From: the human T2T-CHM13v2.0 reference genome, Homo sapiens
Direction: 5' to 3' (one strand)
Assembly (NCBI RefSeq): GCF_009914755.1
Contig: NC_060933.1
DNA: 64,000 nucleotides
Shown: positions 1 to 22,600 of the stretch, piece after piece
Numbering within the stretch: position 1 is the first letter of the stretch
Layout of the letters: each line of letters begins with the position of its first letter
Position numbers and translations under genes: made by a program
The notes under the pieces: model-generated
Databases searched by the model: none
Seen by the model: the letters and a program-made list of their open reading frames with translations, nothing else
Told to the model about the DNA's origin: nothing

Positions 1-3843
<3,843 letters not shown>

Positions 3844-4180
3844 GGAAATATGAAAATGGGGTCCAGATGCCTGGGTCCCAATCTGTGTGTCACTCACCAG
3901 GCTAATTCCTTCCCCCCCTGGACTTCAGATGCTCCCTGAGAAACATGCAGGCATTGGATTAAAACGCTAAAATCCCTTCCAACTTTCTAAGTTCTCTCTG
4001 AAAATAAAGGCATATGTATTTGCTGAAAAATTTCTTATAGTTTTGAAATTATGAAAGTAACACATGCTTACCAAAGGCTCAGATGACACAGATGTATGTA
4101 ATGCAAAGCTTCCCTGCATTGCTCCCATCTTTACTCAATTCCTCTCTGCTTCCAGAGTTAGCTACCATTAAGAGACTATT

Positions 4181-4392
4181 GCTGCACTGTCCAGTGTGGT
4201 AGCCACTAGCATGTGTAACTATGTAAACAAATTTTAATGAGTTGAAATTAAATAGCTATGAAAATTCAGTTCCTCAGTCATACCAGTCACATTGCAAGGG
4301 CTCGATAGCCATCTGAGGCTAGTGGCTACCAAACTGGACAGCACAGATACAGAACAGTGTTACCACTGCAAAAGTTCTACCAGACAGCACTG
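4181..4392. mobile_element. MER3/MER33-type hAT-Charlie non-autonomous DNA transposon
   Basis: ctgcactgtccagtgtggtagccactagc ... gctagtggctaccaaactggacagcacag inverted ends resemble the MER3/MER33 consensus. Confidence 0.75.
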
Positions 4393-4536
4393 GTCTACTA
4401 TGCATAAGGAGGCTTTTCAATACTGTTCGATACTTATTTCCTGGAATTTCTGCAATTGCTTACATCAGACCCTCTCTAGCTGGGCTCATGACTACTCTAA
4501 CAGCTTAATGGGGTAAGTTGCTTTGAAAAGGTCTCC

Positions 4537-4843
<307 letters not shown>

Positions 4844-4974
4844 GAAAAGGTCTCCTAATTTCCTGGCCTATATTAAGAAAGACTTGCTTCATCACTGAAG
4901 GTCACAAGTTGTGAAACTATCACCATCCCAACAGCACACAGAAATTTAAAACCTTAACTAAAGAACTGGCAAAC

Positions 4975-5193
4975 TCAGCCTGGGCAACATAGCAAAACCC
5001 CTTCTCTACAAATAAAAGTTAAAAAGAAAATTAGCCTGGCATAGTGGCACCACTTGTAGTCCCAACTACTCATGAGGCTGGAGCAGGAGGATCACTTGAG
5101 CCCAGGAATTCAAGGCCGCAGTGAGCTATGATGGCGCCACTGCCCTCTAGCCTGGGTGAAAAAATGAGACCCTGTCACCACCTCTCCAGAAAA
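4975..5193 (+). mobile_element. 5'-truncated AluJ-like element
   Basis: cagcctgggcaacatagcaaaacccc ... ttgagcccaggaattcaaggccgcagtgagctatgatgg. TSD AAAGAACTGGCAAAC at 4960-4974 and 5194-5208. Confidence 0.9.
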
Positions 5194-5929
5194 AAAGAAC
5201 TGGCAAACGCCAATTTGCCTCAGGGTGGGGCTTTTCAAAAAGCACTGAGGCATTCAAAGTCTGAAACAAAACACCCAACGAATCTTGCCCAAGTGTGAGC
5301 CAAGCTAGTCACAAACCATGACTCAATGGAGGAGTTGTCTTAATTATTCCCTAATAAACAGTGGTCATCATTGTTTTCCAGACTCTGACCCCCACTCCAC
5401 TGTCTGCACAGTCTGAGCAGGTAATGCCAACTTCCCACTGCACAGTAAGGAACTCTTTCTTGATTTAGAAAAGTATAATGCATTTCTTTCAGTTCCTCAT
5501 AAATGTTATGTCTTCCTCTATGCTCAACCTTTGCTAGAATGTCCTTCTTTCCCTAACTGCACCTTTTCTCAACACATTTCCCCATTTATTAGCCAGACAA
5601 TGTCTACATTTTCCTTATAGCTCATCTCAGGTATCATCTACTCCAGAAAATCTTCTTGGCCCTTCCCAGGCTGGATTAGGGCCCCTCAGTGGCTGCTCCA
5701 GCATATCTATACAGGAGACACGCTGAGGGTGAACGTCTAGTAGGAACCAAGGAAGGGGGTGTGGGACGTCTCTTGAAATCACATTTTATAGCAAGATACA
5801 ATTTTGGCTGAGACATTTGCAAGAAAAAGAACAAAGCTTTTAAAGATTCTCTTATTCACACTTGAAATGTGAGTGACAAAATATCAGTAATCCATTTCAA
5901 AGAATATCTCTTTTATAAGTAGTAACTTT

Positions 5930-6555
<626 letters not shown>

Positions 6556-6835
6556 CGATATATTTTTTAAAGTAGTAACATTGGAGGAGAGCCACTAGAG
6601 GTTAAAGAAAGGTTATGCCTTCCCCCAAGCCACACTCTGGCTCTACTATTGGCCCCTTTATGAGCTCCAATAACATCCTAGTATTTTTCTATCACAATAG
6701 TGCTATGCTGAATCTGTTTATGTGTCTGTCTGTCTTTTCTACTAGATTGGCAAGGATTAATTATTATTTGTCTTTTTGTATCTCTGCTACTCACAGCAGT
6801 CCCCAACAGAGGTATTCAATAAATGTTTGTTTGGT

Positions 6836-7035
6836 GAATGGATGGAGGATGGATGGATGGATGGATGGATGGATGGATGGATGGACGGACGGACGGACGG
6901 ATAGATTTACGGATGAGTGGATGGAAGAGTGGATGAGTGGATGGGTGGGTTGGTGGGTGAGTGGAAGAGTGGATAAATGATGAATGAATTAATGGATAGT
7001 TAGATGGATGAATAGATAGATAGATAGATGGATGA
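6836..7035 (+). repeat. (GGAT)n/(GGAC)n/(GATA)n compound simple repeat following an L2-like tail
   Basis: ggatggatggat...ggacggacggac...gatagataga seen directly. Preceded by ggtattcaataaatgtttgtt. Confidence 0.92.
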
Positions 7036-9719
7036 AAATATTTTCTTAAGTCTTCAGCTCTGTCTTCAGACTAGAATCTCACAATCTCTCCCTCTCTATC
7101 TCTCTCTGCATTTCCCATAACACCAAGAAAATGTTTTATATTTTATATTTAACAACTGCTCAATACACTAAGAGAGAAAAAAAGGCTGCCATTTCTAACC
7201 CAGTAAACACACTAAAGAAAGGTTGGGGAAAGGAAAAAAGTAATCTTTAACAATATATGTTGAATAATCGCATTAAAAGCTTCCCTTTCTCTATGGAGGT
7301 ACAATTTGGAGATAAACCTAAACCACCTTCCTCTCTGTGGCATATGATTAAAATCTGCTTTGTCTGTCTAACTTACTATTCTCAAATTACCACACTGCTG
7401 CTGGCACTGCAAACTCAGGCTTCACAGCTGCCTTTGAATTACTGTATAACTTTTCCTCTTTTTTTTCCTTTTAATCAGCACTGAACCAAGAAAGTGCCAT
7501 CTATACATGGTGGAAAAACTATGTCTTCAAACTTGGAGGCAAAAGGTGTCACTCAAGGTGCCCCCTTGTGTCAGGATGACCCTCAGCAGAAATACTTCTC
7601 CCCTGAGGTTTGGGAACACAGGAGGTGAAGATATCCTTGATAAGGTTCCAGGTGGCATAAAATAACCTGAAGTGTATTTTCCATCCCTACTCCACAGAGT
7701 TTATTACTCTTCTGCCTAAGCCTTCAAAACAGAGAGAGCCTGACATGGCAGTGGCTAGTGCCTAAGCAAAAATAATAGTAATACATTGTTTTCCTATTTT
7801 TCTAAAAGTCCTCTAAATACCATGCTCTGCATTGCTAGATTTTGACTTTCAGAGTCAATCTCAAAACTACAAGGTAAATTACATTAAAGGGCAGATAGAA
7901 AATTTCATTAGCATTACCCTTCCTTTTTCTCTTTTTACAACTTCTGGGGAGCTAATTTGAAATTTCAAACTACAAGCAATATTTGTACCATGCCAAACAT
8001 GTAAAAGGAAAGGGGAGGTAGTTTTCAATTGTCTACTTATGTTAGATGACAAAATACTCATATAACCATGGTAAGTTGATTGCAATTTTATTTGGATGTA
8101 CATTCAGCCACAGGTTACAAAAAGAAAGTAGACATGGAAAGAATTTAGACTGTGTCCTTGGATGACAGTTCCAAGACATCAATGTGCTTTTTCTACCCAG
8201 AGGTGTGATCTGTGTATGGCTTTTCTCTTGAGCTATTAAAAAAGTTGTCAGTGGAAAGAAATTATATCATTTAGACTACTGAGAACATTCAAAAACAAAA
8301 TAATGGTGGTATTTAGTGTAATAAGAGCAAACCTAAAATACAAGACACAATACCCCATCCTAATCTTGCTAAATATGAGACATTGGACCAATCCTATAAC
8401 ATCTCTGTTTAAATCAACCTCAATTTAATCAATTAATACATATTATCATTATTATACTCGAGGATATCAAGAGGACTATAAGTATATAGAAAGCTTGCTG
8501 CTAAACAAAGAACCAATAAATACTCCACATATCATAACATTGTAGACAATACCTACACAAGGTACAGATGACAAAGACTAGCATTATTATTTTCAGAACA
8601 ATGGACAGTAATATGTGTATCGACCGGCCAAAAAATAACATTAGCTAGAAACATCAAGGAAGAATTATTAGCCAACTAGTTAATTAGGTGTTTGTCCTCT
8701 CTTCTATTAATAAGGCTAATTAGTTACTGATTTTTTAAAGACTGCTTGATTTTTATCATTATATTCATTAGTAAATAATATTGTGTTTGAATTCTCAGTT
8801 TACGTGTAAAGACCTTGGTTTGGTTAATCTTGACTTTCCAGATTAACGTTTAGCATCACGGACTAGAGTTTTAAAGCAACAAATTATACTTCTGAGGTGA
8901 GAGATTATAAGCCATACCCTGATCTGTTAACACGTTAATTGCTTTCCCCTGCTACAGAATAATCATATTTCAAACGTTAGCATAAAACATAGATATATTC
9001 AGATAAAACTCTATTGTACATTTAAGATTCAGGTCATTGCATTATTAATATTAGATTATTGTTGTTTGAGCAATTTTGTAGAACTTGAATTATTTTAATT
9101 TTCACAATAACCCCCTGAAAACTATATACAAAACAAAATTTGCCACAAGAGGTATCTGAGATATAAATAAATACTAAATAAAGATAAATTATTGCAGCAT
9201 AACTTGCAAAGCTGCTCCTCATATAACATGTTTAATTTTGTAGCATGTTGATAGGATTTTAAAATGTATTATCTACTTAATGCTCCTGACACTGTCTCAA
9301 AGGGCAACTTCCCTAGAAAGAAAATCGTATGCTTTGACACTCAGAACTTGAAAACTGAAAGAGGTCTTTTTCATTTGCAAGTCCAAGCTAGGACATGAAG
9401 ATTAAGGACAGAAAAGTGCTTTTCCACTGACAACCCTGGTGTGGCTGCCCCATTTGTAGAAGAAAATAGAGACCAGCTCTGGTTCAGGTGAGAGTTGCCT
9501 AACAAAGGAAAAACGATCAAGTACTATTGGAAAGAATTCCAGAGCTCACAATTCAGTGATCTACAAGCCTGCCCCAACCAGAAATACAGACAAAAAAGGA
9601 AGACCTGTCATGGAAGTTTTATTCATACCACATGGTTTCTGCCACCACTTGCAAGAACATTAACAACTCCCTTACTTCTGTCTCTATGTCAGACCTGTGT
9701 CTCTGGTAACTTTCATTCC

Positions 9720-10475
9720 TTATATCCAACTGTCTATTGAGAATTCTCCACTCAGACGCCCTACAGGCACTTCAAAATCAACGTACCCAAAATGGAACTC
9801 ATTCTCTGTTCCCCCAACCTGCTTCTCCTCTAGTCTATCTCCTCAGTGTCAGCTTCACAGGTGTGTGACTTGCACATTTGCTTAGGGACCCGTGCCTAAA
9901 AGGACCCTGTACTTGGCGTAATGGTCTGCTATCATCACTTTGAAATTCTTAATAATTTTTTAACAAGGAGCTCTGCATTTTCATTTTGCACAGGACCACA
10001 CAAGTTATGTGACCAGGACTGTCTCTCCTGGAATGGCATCGCCATTACCCAGTCATTGAAACTAACCATGTGGAACTCATCCCAGATTCTCCTTTCCTTA
10101 ACTCCCAGATTCAGTCATCCTGTTTCATGCCTAGGGTTTTACACCAAGCAAGCAAGAGATCACTTTACTTGTAATGCCCTTTTTCTCCTTCTGAAAGAGT
10201 TTACTTCCACTTGTCCTTTAATTATTAATCAAGATTCATCTGTAACAGAGATACTTACTGATGCCCCAGCCTGCACTTGGTGCCTCCTCTTAGTCCTCCA
10301 CCTGCATTTACCTGTCTCTACATCCATCATTTCATCCTCGCATCACTATCTTTTCTATCTTCCCCCAACTGACTGCGAGCTCCTTGATGACGGCTGATTT
10401 TATTTTCTTTTGTATCTCTACTTCCAGCTCTGTGCTAGGAATATAGGAGATATTTAACAAATGTTTATTGAATAA
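9720..10475. mobile_element. L2 remnant with an embedded MER91-like element (~9845-10015)
   Basis: L2 hallmarks (aggcacttcaaaatcaacgtacccaaaatggaactc; aacaaatgtttattgaataa). Insert contains tttgaaattcttaataattttttaacaaggagctctgcattttcattttgcac. Confidence 0.6.
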
Positions 10476-11986
10476 GATTGATGATGTTTCAAACAAACTT
10501 TAATTTACTTTTGAAAACCTAACTTCTTGATCAAAACAAATGCTCTTCCTTTTTAGAATAAGCTTCTTTTTTTTTTTTTTTCTTTTTGCTAAAGTGGTCC
10601 CCTCCTTTCCATCCTGCACCTTCGGGGAGAATCAACAAAGCAAACAGCTCAGCTCCAGAGCTTAAGTTACAACTGGAATGCATTTTGCATGGCCCTCCAG
10701 GGTCATTGTCCCTCAGAGTCACTTCTGCAAGTAAGAACAGCTGGGGCCCCTATGCCTCCAGGGGCTTCCAGGCACTGCTGGCTTATACACAATGACTTGT
10801 TTGTGCCGAGATATTGCCAGAGCTTTTCAGAAATACCACCAGGAGTCCAGGGTACAGGAAAGCAAGACTGGGAAGCCTGGCCCAGAGGGACGAGAAGGCA
10901 GTCACTAAGCCTAGTCCTGTGTGCTCTCATGGACATGCAACACTTCATCAGATTTGCCATGGGAAATCCTGTTTGAAAAAACAATCTCTCGATTTGGTTG
11001 GAACAAATAGTCAAACAGAATCATTCCATACCCAGCAACAGTGTCTAATCAGCACTTCATTATACCTGTGATAGACACACCAGGATGGATTTCTTTATTT
11101 ATTCACTCACTTACCCACACTCATTGAACATCTACTCAAAGAAATGCGCCCAGTGAGGCACAATCGAGGGAGGAACAAAAGGAACAGACTCCTCCACTCG
11201 AGGAACTTAACAATATTATTAGGAGAAAGGTAAATTCCACTGATGTCTGACTATTCCAGATGTGGTCCACAGACCAGCCACACAAGCACCACCTGGAAGC
11301 GTGCTAAGAATGTCAAATTTCAGGGCCCTTCCCAAGACTTCCTGAATCCGAGTCTGCATTTGAACAAGAGCACAGAAAATCCACAGAAACATCCAACCGA
11401 GAAGCACTTACACACTTCTCCCAGGGCTCAATGCTGAACTTAACTCTTCTGAGCCTGAGTCAAGTTCAAACCTCAGCTGCAAAATCTGCCCAACTGGCTC
11501 CTGACCCTAGTCCTATTATTTTTCCTGCCTCTGGACTCCGCATCTGGCTCTCTGCTACTTCATGAGAAGAGCAACTTGAAATTCTCCATCACAGAGTGAG
11601 AACTAAAAGAGGGCCATGTTATCCTCCCAATGCATAACACTTATGCCATGTGAATCTCAGATTCTTATGCGATAAATTCTGATATTTCCATTCCTGCAAC
11701 ATTTTTCTGTTTTCCCAAAATGCCTACTCAGAAAAAGAAGTAACAACTTAATAATTCAAGTGACTAATGGGCCTGATTCAAATGGTTTACAGTTTAAACA
11801 CTTCATGTTTAGCTGTATATTTTCCATGATCAAAAGAAGGGTCTCAAAACAAGACACAGCTTTATGCAATTATTAGAGTTTAAAAAGTTAGGATTCAGTT
11901 AGAGAGCAAGTGAAATTAGAAAATGCTTATTACACTAGAGCCTAGCCTTGTCCTTCTACTCTTAATATTTTGAATATAAACGCAGA

Positions 11987-12008
11987 CACACACACACACA
12001 CACACACA
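11987..12008 (+). repeat. (CA)n microsatellite
   Basis: Seen directly. Confidence 0.9.
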
Positions 12009-12227
12009 CGTGCATAGTTACTACTAAGAATTCCAAATATAACATACATATTTTCTGTGAACATGCAGTGTTTTTTATTTAATTGACATCACTTGGGGCA
12101 CTTGTAACTTATGATCTTGGAGGCAAAGAAGAAGCATATAAGTTCTATTTTGTTTTATTTAGGTTTGGGTTTGTTTTTTTTAATTTTTCAGGAAGTTCAG
12201 TAAATGGACAGTCACCTAAACCAGCAA

Positions 12228-14472
<2,245 letters not shown>

Positions 14473-14494
14473 ACCCTAGACAAAGCATCTACAG

Positions 14495-15012
14495 TAGGTA
14501 TTGTGGGTTATCTTTTTAGGAGCCATTTCCCCCTTCCTCCTATCTGATTTTAGGTATTTGCTCTTCCCCAGGCAGAACATCACCACAGGGGAAGTTGATC
14601 CCACCCTGAGTCCCAGGGTCAAGCTCTGCACCTTAAGCTAATCAGCACATTATCTTCCCCTGGTCAGGGTCACTGCTTCAGGGGTAAGCATGTGACCTGG
14701 GAGGTCCCATCAGAATGACTGCACACTTCTGTTTGGGATGCTGAATTGGAAGTGGCTTCTCTCTTCCTCTGGAGGGTATCCTATGAAAATGTGAGAACTG
14801 GCACTACTATAACTATTTCACTACCAGTCTGAGGATAGAGCCATCCCAAATGGCAAGAAGAGGCAAAGGAACCCCAGAGAAACAGAGCCACAGTCCTTGA
14901 ATTAAATATATAATTCAAGACTTCTGAATATATGAGTCAGTAAATGTCCTTAATGTTAAAGCCAGTTTGAATTAGAATTGGTTGCATGTAGTTAAAAGAA
15001 TTCTAGCTGATA
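14495..15012. mobile_element. MLT1-type MaLR solo LTR
   Basis: agcatgtgacctg, gagtcagtaaatgtccttaatgttaaagccagtttgaattag and ctagctgataca end motifs. Confidence 0.55.
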
Positions 15013-15729
15013 CACCGTCAATGTGCAGCTAATATTATTGTATTCTCCCTGAAGTCAATACACTTTGCCTTTGCTTTGAAAATATCAAGAGATAAGATCT
15101 TAGCAGACCATTGGAATAACATTACATTTTTTTAGGATATACTTAATATAAAGAGCTGGCCCATATAATATAGGTCTAAAAACGTCAGAGCTGTGCCACA
15201 GTATTTAACAAACTGCCTCTCTCCTCTATTCCTTTTGTGTCTGATTTTCAGTAGACTCTGAATGGCATTCCAGAAGAGCTTGGTAGAGAAAAGTGTTGAA
15301 TTGTCCTTACTAGCAGAAAACTGTGGCTGCCAGCTGGACCTAGCTTGGATTTCACCAGCAGGATCATCATGGGGCCTGATATTTAGCACAGATATAGGTT
15401 TGCACATGATAATATCATTCCCATTTCAACAGATAAGAAGCTAACCTTTTCTTCAACTAAATTGATTAGAATAGTACTCTGTATTTGGGTGATATTTGAA
15501 CATTTACAACATGCTTTTACATAAGCCATCTCAACAACACAGTGGAGACTGGCAGTTGAGGAATTATTACTCTCATTTTTCAGTTGAAGAACAGGAGGCC
15601 CAGTGACTGGCTTAAGGTCTTGCACCATCAGAAAGTGATGGAGTTTAGGCTTAAAGTCATTTGATTCTAAGTCAAAGCCTTCCCACTATTTAGGATTACC
15701 TCTAATATAGTTTCACAAAACATCAAGAT

Positions 15730-15985
15730 AACAGTCACTATTTTTTCAGCTCTCACTATGTGCCAGGTACTAAGCTAAGCACTTGACATATAATCCTTAT
15801 TTAATCCTTACAAAAAGTCCATGAGGGCTATGTTATTATTATTTCCACTTTATAGCTGAGGAAACTGAGGCCCAATGAGGAAAAGTGACTTCCCCAAAGT
15901 CACCTGGCTAGTCAATGGCAGAGCCAGGGTTCAAACCCAAGCAAGCAGTGCTCCAGAACATATGCTCTCAACCACTTCATGCCAC
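15730..15985. mobile_element. MIR SINE (further MIR pieces at ~15500-15670 and ~16830-17030)
   Basis: MIR core ccactttatagctgaggaaactgaggccc...gtcacctggctagtcaatggcagagccagggttcaaacccaag. Confidence 0.8.
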
Positions 15986-16329
15986 TGTGCCACTTGAACA
16001 AGCATAAAGTTTGTCTGCTATAGAGAGCTGTGCCTGCTCTGAACAAGATGCCTTTTAGCTGCCCAGAACCCACCCATTCCATAAGGGCAGAAATGATATT
16101 TAACAACACACACTACAAAGGACTCTCTCATAATTTTCCTTGTTCTAGAATTTGATCATACAAAGATTGCCTAAAAAAAGCCAGGGCTGAGATGACATCT
16201 TACTAAACTCTCATGAAAGGTTTATTGTAACAATAATTGCAACCTAATTTGACGTATTCTGAAAGACGCTCCTGCATGATTAGCCGACAGCTGTTCCTCC
16301 CCACCACACACATGTGCATGCACACACAC

Positions 16330-16815
16330 ACACACACATAATTCCATTCCTTCCATAATGGCAAAGCCACCTCCCATTATAGAGAGGAAAAATGCCAGAT
16401 GCATATATTCCTAGACACTTTTACAGCTAGGGCATGGGCATATGATCCAATCCAGGCCAATGGAATCTGATGGGAAAACTGATGGGGACTCTGGGAAAGT
16501 GTTCCTCTGTGATAAAAAGGCAATGCATGAGGAAATACCTCTTCTTGGACAGTGGATGTGGTAGTGACTGACTGACATCTAAAATTACTGCAGCCACCTC
16601 ATAATCATGGAGACTATAGAGACATAGTTAATGCACTGAAGATGCCAGAGTGAAAAGATGGGAAGCAGCAACTGAGTCCAGGCAGAGCTTTGGAACAGCC
16701 CTGAAGTTGCCCTCTCTCTGGACTTTTTGCCAGCTAAGATAATAAGTGTCCTTATTATTTAGGCCACTTTAACTTGTCTACTCTTTTACTTGCAGCCAAA
16801 AGCAGCCTAATCATT
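16330..16815. mobile_element. MLT1-type MaLR solo LTR
   Basis: atgatccaatccaggccaatggaatctga; ctgcagccacctcataatcatgg; end acttgcagccaaaagcagcctaa. Confidence 0.6.
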
Positions 16816-19215
16816 CAGTCCCAAGAGGCAGTGCTCCAGAGATGAAAGAGCTCTGGATTTTGAGTCAAAGGACCTGGGTTCTGATCCACTTATTTGCTTG
16901 GTTACCCAAATTGCTAACCTCTTTGAATCTCATTTTCCATATCTAGTAATACAATATTGAGATAATACTCAGTAACACAATAACATCCATAAAATGGAGA
17001 TAATGGATAGTTATAAAATTCATATGAGATAATACGTACACTACCACTTTGTCAACAGAAATGCTTCATTCACATGTAATTTATCCAGTCAATAATAAAA
17101 CCACAGACTTTTTAAACTGTAGCATCCATCTAACCAAATTCTTTTGTTTTACAAAAGAAAAGAAAATTGACTCCAAATGTCAAATGACTCACTCAAGATC
17201 ACACAGCTGGTTGGTAACATAACTAAACCACACATCTGATTCCCGATCTAATGCTGGCATGCTACCTTCATGTTGACAGGTAATGAGTTAGACTAAATAT
17301 TGGGAAGGTTAGCACTCATCCATTCAACTGATGTTTAATGTGCACATATTATACTATATAGAATAGTAGGCACTATTCTAAATATCAGGGACTCTGCGGT
17401 GAACAGCAAAATGTTCCTACTCTTGTGAATTTAACAGTCTAGAAAGAAAATTATTCAATCTACATTGATACTTATTGTGTTCCTACTGTATGCAAAGCAC
17501 TATGCTAAGATTTTTAGTCAAATACAAATACAAATTTTCAGCCAATTCCAACTATGTCAGCCATGTTTACCAGGCTTTGCCAAAGTATGAATAATGTCAA
17601 AAATCTATGTAACCCAAAAAAGTCAGTATTAAAAATGGCAAGTTCATTAGCAAGGGTTGTGAATAACAATGCCGGTGTCTAAAGAAAAAAAAGTAGATAG
17701 AAGATGGCTAGGACTCCACTCTAATTGAAGTAGCAAGGCTGAATGAAGAATTAGAGTCAAACCTCATCCTCCTACAAAATCCAGACTTCAGGGGTTGGCT
17801 CAATTGGAAAAGCCCAATAAGGAGCATTCAGTAACTCCTTCCCTTCCCCAGGCCTCTGTCTTGTAACCCAAACTCCCCTTTACTCCCTGTCTATTTGGAA
17901 TTCCTCTATCTTCCATCCTACCTGAACATTCACAAGCAAATGATATGATGGGACAGCATCCCAGACCCTGTGAAAAGAGACAGAGCCAGTGACTTCCACA
18001 TCTCTTATTGGAACTGACCACCAGTCTGCTGAGACTGGACCACTAGGTTGTGTGTTTGAAAGTTTTCGTTGGCCAAATACTACCAAAATTATATGATTTG
18101 GAAAAGGATTATTTAAAAGCTGTTATTTTGCAAAAGCTCTTTCCTATCCTCTATGCAGTGGCAAATGCAAAGATCCTAGGGGGTGGGGAGGTAACAAGGA
18201 GAATACTCTGCCTTCTCCCCTTGTGGGAGGCACACTGAAGAGGCACAAAACACATGCCCTTTCACCATCACACCCTCTAATCAGAGCACAACTAGGCAAT
18301 TCTCCCTTAGTTTCTGGCTTGGTTCATCTTTTGATGCATAGGCATAATTTGGGGCTACTACTGTCTGAAATATAAGGACACAGCGTATCAAACCTAACAA
18401 GGCATTTATGCATATAGTTTCTTTAAAGGCAAATACCATGTTTCTGGGGGGTGGAAATGGCCCCCAGTGACATTTGGATTGTGGGATTCCAATCAGCTCT
18501 GAGATGCCAGCCTCCCTGGAAGACCCAGGACACATTAAGTTTGCAAACTGGCAAATAGGATCGCTTTGTCCATTCAGATCATGAATCCCAACTGGCCTTC
18601 AGTCACTGGTTTAAATTCCCCTACCTTGGATTTACCTCTTTCCATGTCTGGAAATTTCATTGAAACTTCAGCTATTTTAACTATGGGGTAATATGTCAAA
18701 GACATACATAAGCTTTGGATCCAGACAATTCTGGATTTGAATTCCAGCTGCTCATTCTCTTTTTAGAGATGTGGCCTTGAACAAGTCACTTAAGTTATTA
18801 GCTTCTCAGTTTTCTTACCCAAAAGAAGGGAATAATACCTACTCAAAGGTTGGTGGTAGAGATCAGACATAATGAGTGGAAAAGGCTGGCTCATGAGAGA
18901 TGCTCAAGAAATGGCACCTAGAGCTATTCACATTGTCTCAAGCAATAGTCCTGAAGGTTTCTATCATCTCTTGCATCTACCATGTGTGGCCACTCTCCAG
19001 CACCTTGCTAGAGAAACCTGTTTGAGTGGCTCATTTTTCTTTGAATCTGGAATGCTTACCTACTAGAGAACACAGACTAATGAGCTCCCAAGGATGTGTG
19101 GCTTGAGTTTCCCCTACTTATTTTGGGGCTCCATAGGCAGCACTCCTGTAGTGAACAGGAGTGAACAACTAACACATGTCCAAGAGCTCCTGCTCCTCCT
19201 ACAGAGCCTCTAGAT

Positions 19216-19422
19216 CAAGCTCATCCAACCCATGGCCCAGGACAGCTTTGGATGCAGCCCAACAGAAATTCATAAACTTTCTTAAAACATTATGAGACTT
19301 TTTGTGATTTTTTTTTTTTAGCTCATCAGCTATCGTTAGCGTTAGTGTATTTTATGTGTGGCCCAAGACAATTCTTCTTCTTCCAATGTGGCCCAGGGAA
19401 GCCAGAAAATTGGACACCCCTG
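19216..19422. mobile_element. MER30 (hAT-Charlie MITE)
   Basis: caagctcatccaacccatggccc ... gtggcccagggaagccagaaaattggacacccctg. Imperfect 8-bp hAT-type TSD ctctagat/ctccagag. Confidence 0.85.
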
Positions 19423-20616
19423 CTCCAGAGCCAGGCAGACACCAGGGATGAGAGCTCCTAACGCAGACAGGCAGATGTGGGCTATGGAGAGAGGGTGACA
19501 TTCTGTGACAATATATACAATCCTTTAACTTTGTAGTTCTATAGAAGGAAGGAAGCAAACACAGATGGATTCACCCAGAACAAGTGCCAGTAATTCCAAA
19601 TGGTTTTGTTTCGCATTGTTTTTTAATCCTTTTGTTCTCACTCTAAGCAAATGGGAAGTCTTTGTTACCTGATACCCGGAAGGGCAATTTCAATTCCTGG
19701 TCTGGAGTACTCTAGGAAAGTGTGAGGTCTAAAGTTATCCAAATAAAATATTTTAATTTATTTTAATTGGTTAAATAATAATTGTAATTTGGGGGCAGAA
19801 AGGGCAGAAAAAGACAAATCACAAAATGAAACATCATAATTTTTTAAAAATCAGTGCCCAAGCCAACATTTTGAAACATAACATTTTAACCTCTTTGGCA
19901 CTAGTTGGGTCATAAGCACTGGAGTTTTTCAAACTGTTGTTAGACTGGCTACAATTTATTGTTTCTCAAAACACAAGACAACAAATACATGTCCTTTGGG
20001 GAATATTTATTATTCTAAGGAAGACTTCATCCTGAGGGAGGGGAAAAAAATGTCAACACCAAGTGGTACAGGGCAGAAGAGGGCTGAGAGACAGAGGAGA
20101 ACTCAACAGCCTCTCTCCCTGACGGCCCCTCCATCATCTACACATTCATTATGGGTTAAAGGACCTGTACACCCACTTTAGGACTTAAAGCAAAGTGCAC
20201 AGTCCACACTCTCTGGATCACAAGACTATTAGTACATGCCAGATGCTTCTGTGCAACCCTTGTGGCAGTAGAAACACTGCCTATCCTGCTAATCCTTTTA
20301 TTATTAAGTTTAGCAGTGCTGCTTAGCTCAGAATGAAATTCAAGCTCCCCCAGAAAATTCAATGGGAGCCTACTTTCCTGGGAGATCATGGGGCATCACA
20401 TTCCTACCTTGACACTTGTCCGGCTGTCAGGTTACAAATTAATTGCAACTGCCCCCAACATGTCACACACTCCCACTAACAAAAATTAAATAAAAATAAA
20501 ACAGGGAAAGTCCTTTCATTCCTTCATGGTTTGCACAGCCTAGAGGCTGATTCCTACTCTGGGAGATGCTGCCCCACTCACCTCCCACTGACATGGGTGG
20601 TGTGCCCTGTATTACA

Positions 20617-20618
<2 letters not shown>

Positions 20619-20656
<38 letters not shown>
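20619..20656 (+). repeat. Isolated A38 mononucleotide run
   Basis: 38 consecutive A with no adjacent Alu or L1 body. Confidence 0.93.
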
Positions 20657-20659
<3 letters not shown>

Positions 20660-21149
20660 CAGTCCCAGAGCCTCAAGACTCGACTAGGGTAGGTGAGAAA
20701 GGAAATCCCAGAGATAAACAGTTAAATAGATTTAGAAGTCAGAAGTTAATTGTGCTGAGCCCTGACACAACCTTTCCTGATTGTGTGCGCACCGAGTGGG
20801 GCATCTTTGGGGTCCTGGAAGAGGGGCTCCCACCTGCCTACATATTCACCCACAGCAAATATGCACACGCACGCGCAACCACATGCACACACACACCTTT
20901 GCACCTCACACTAGCTCTCCTGACAGCCCAGAGGCACTTACTACCCGAGGACAGGGCTGCCAGCAAAGCTGCCTTCTCCCAAACAACTCGCCTTCTCCTC
21001 CAACTTGGGCGACAGTGAATGTCCACCAAGATTCCACGGGGCTCTTTTACCCAGGACCCAGGTTCCTGCAGGGCTCCCCACTTGCTGGCCTCACAATCCC
21101 TTTTCCTTTCTCCGAAACACTCAGACTTCACACATTCCTTTCGAGGTAG

Positions 21150-22600
<1,451 letters not shown>

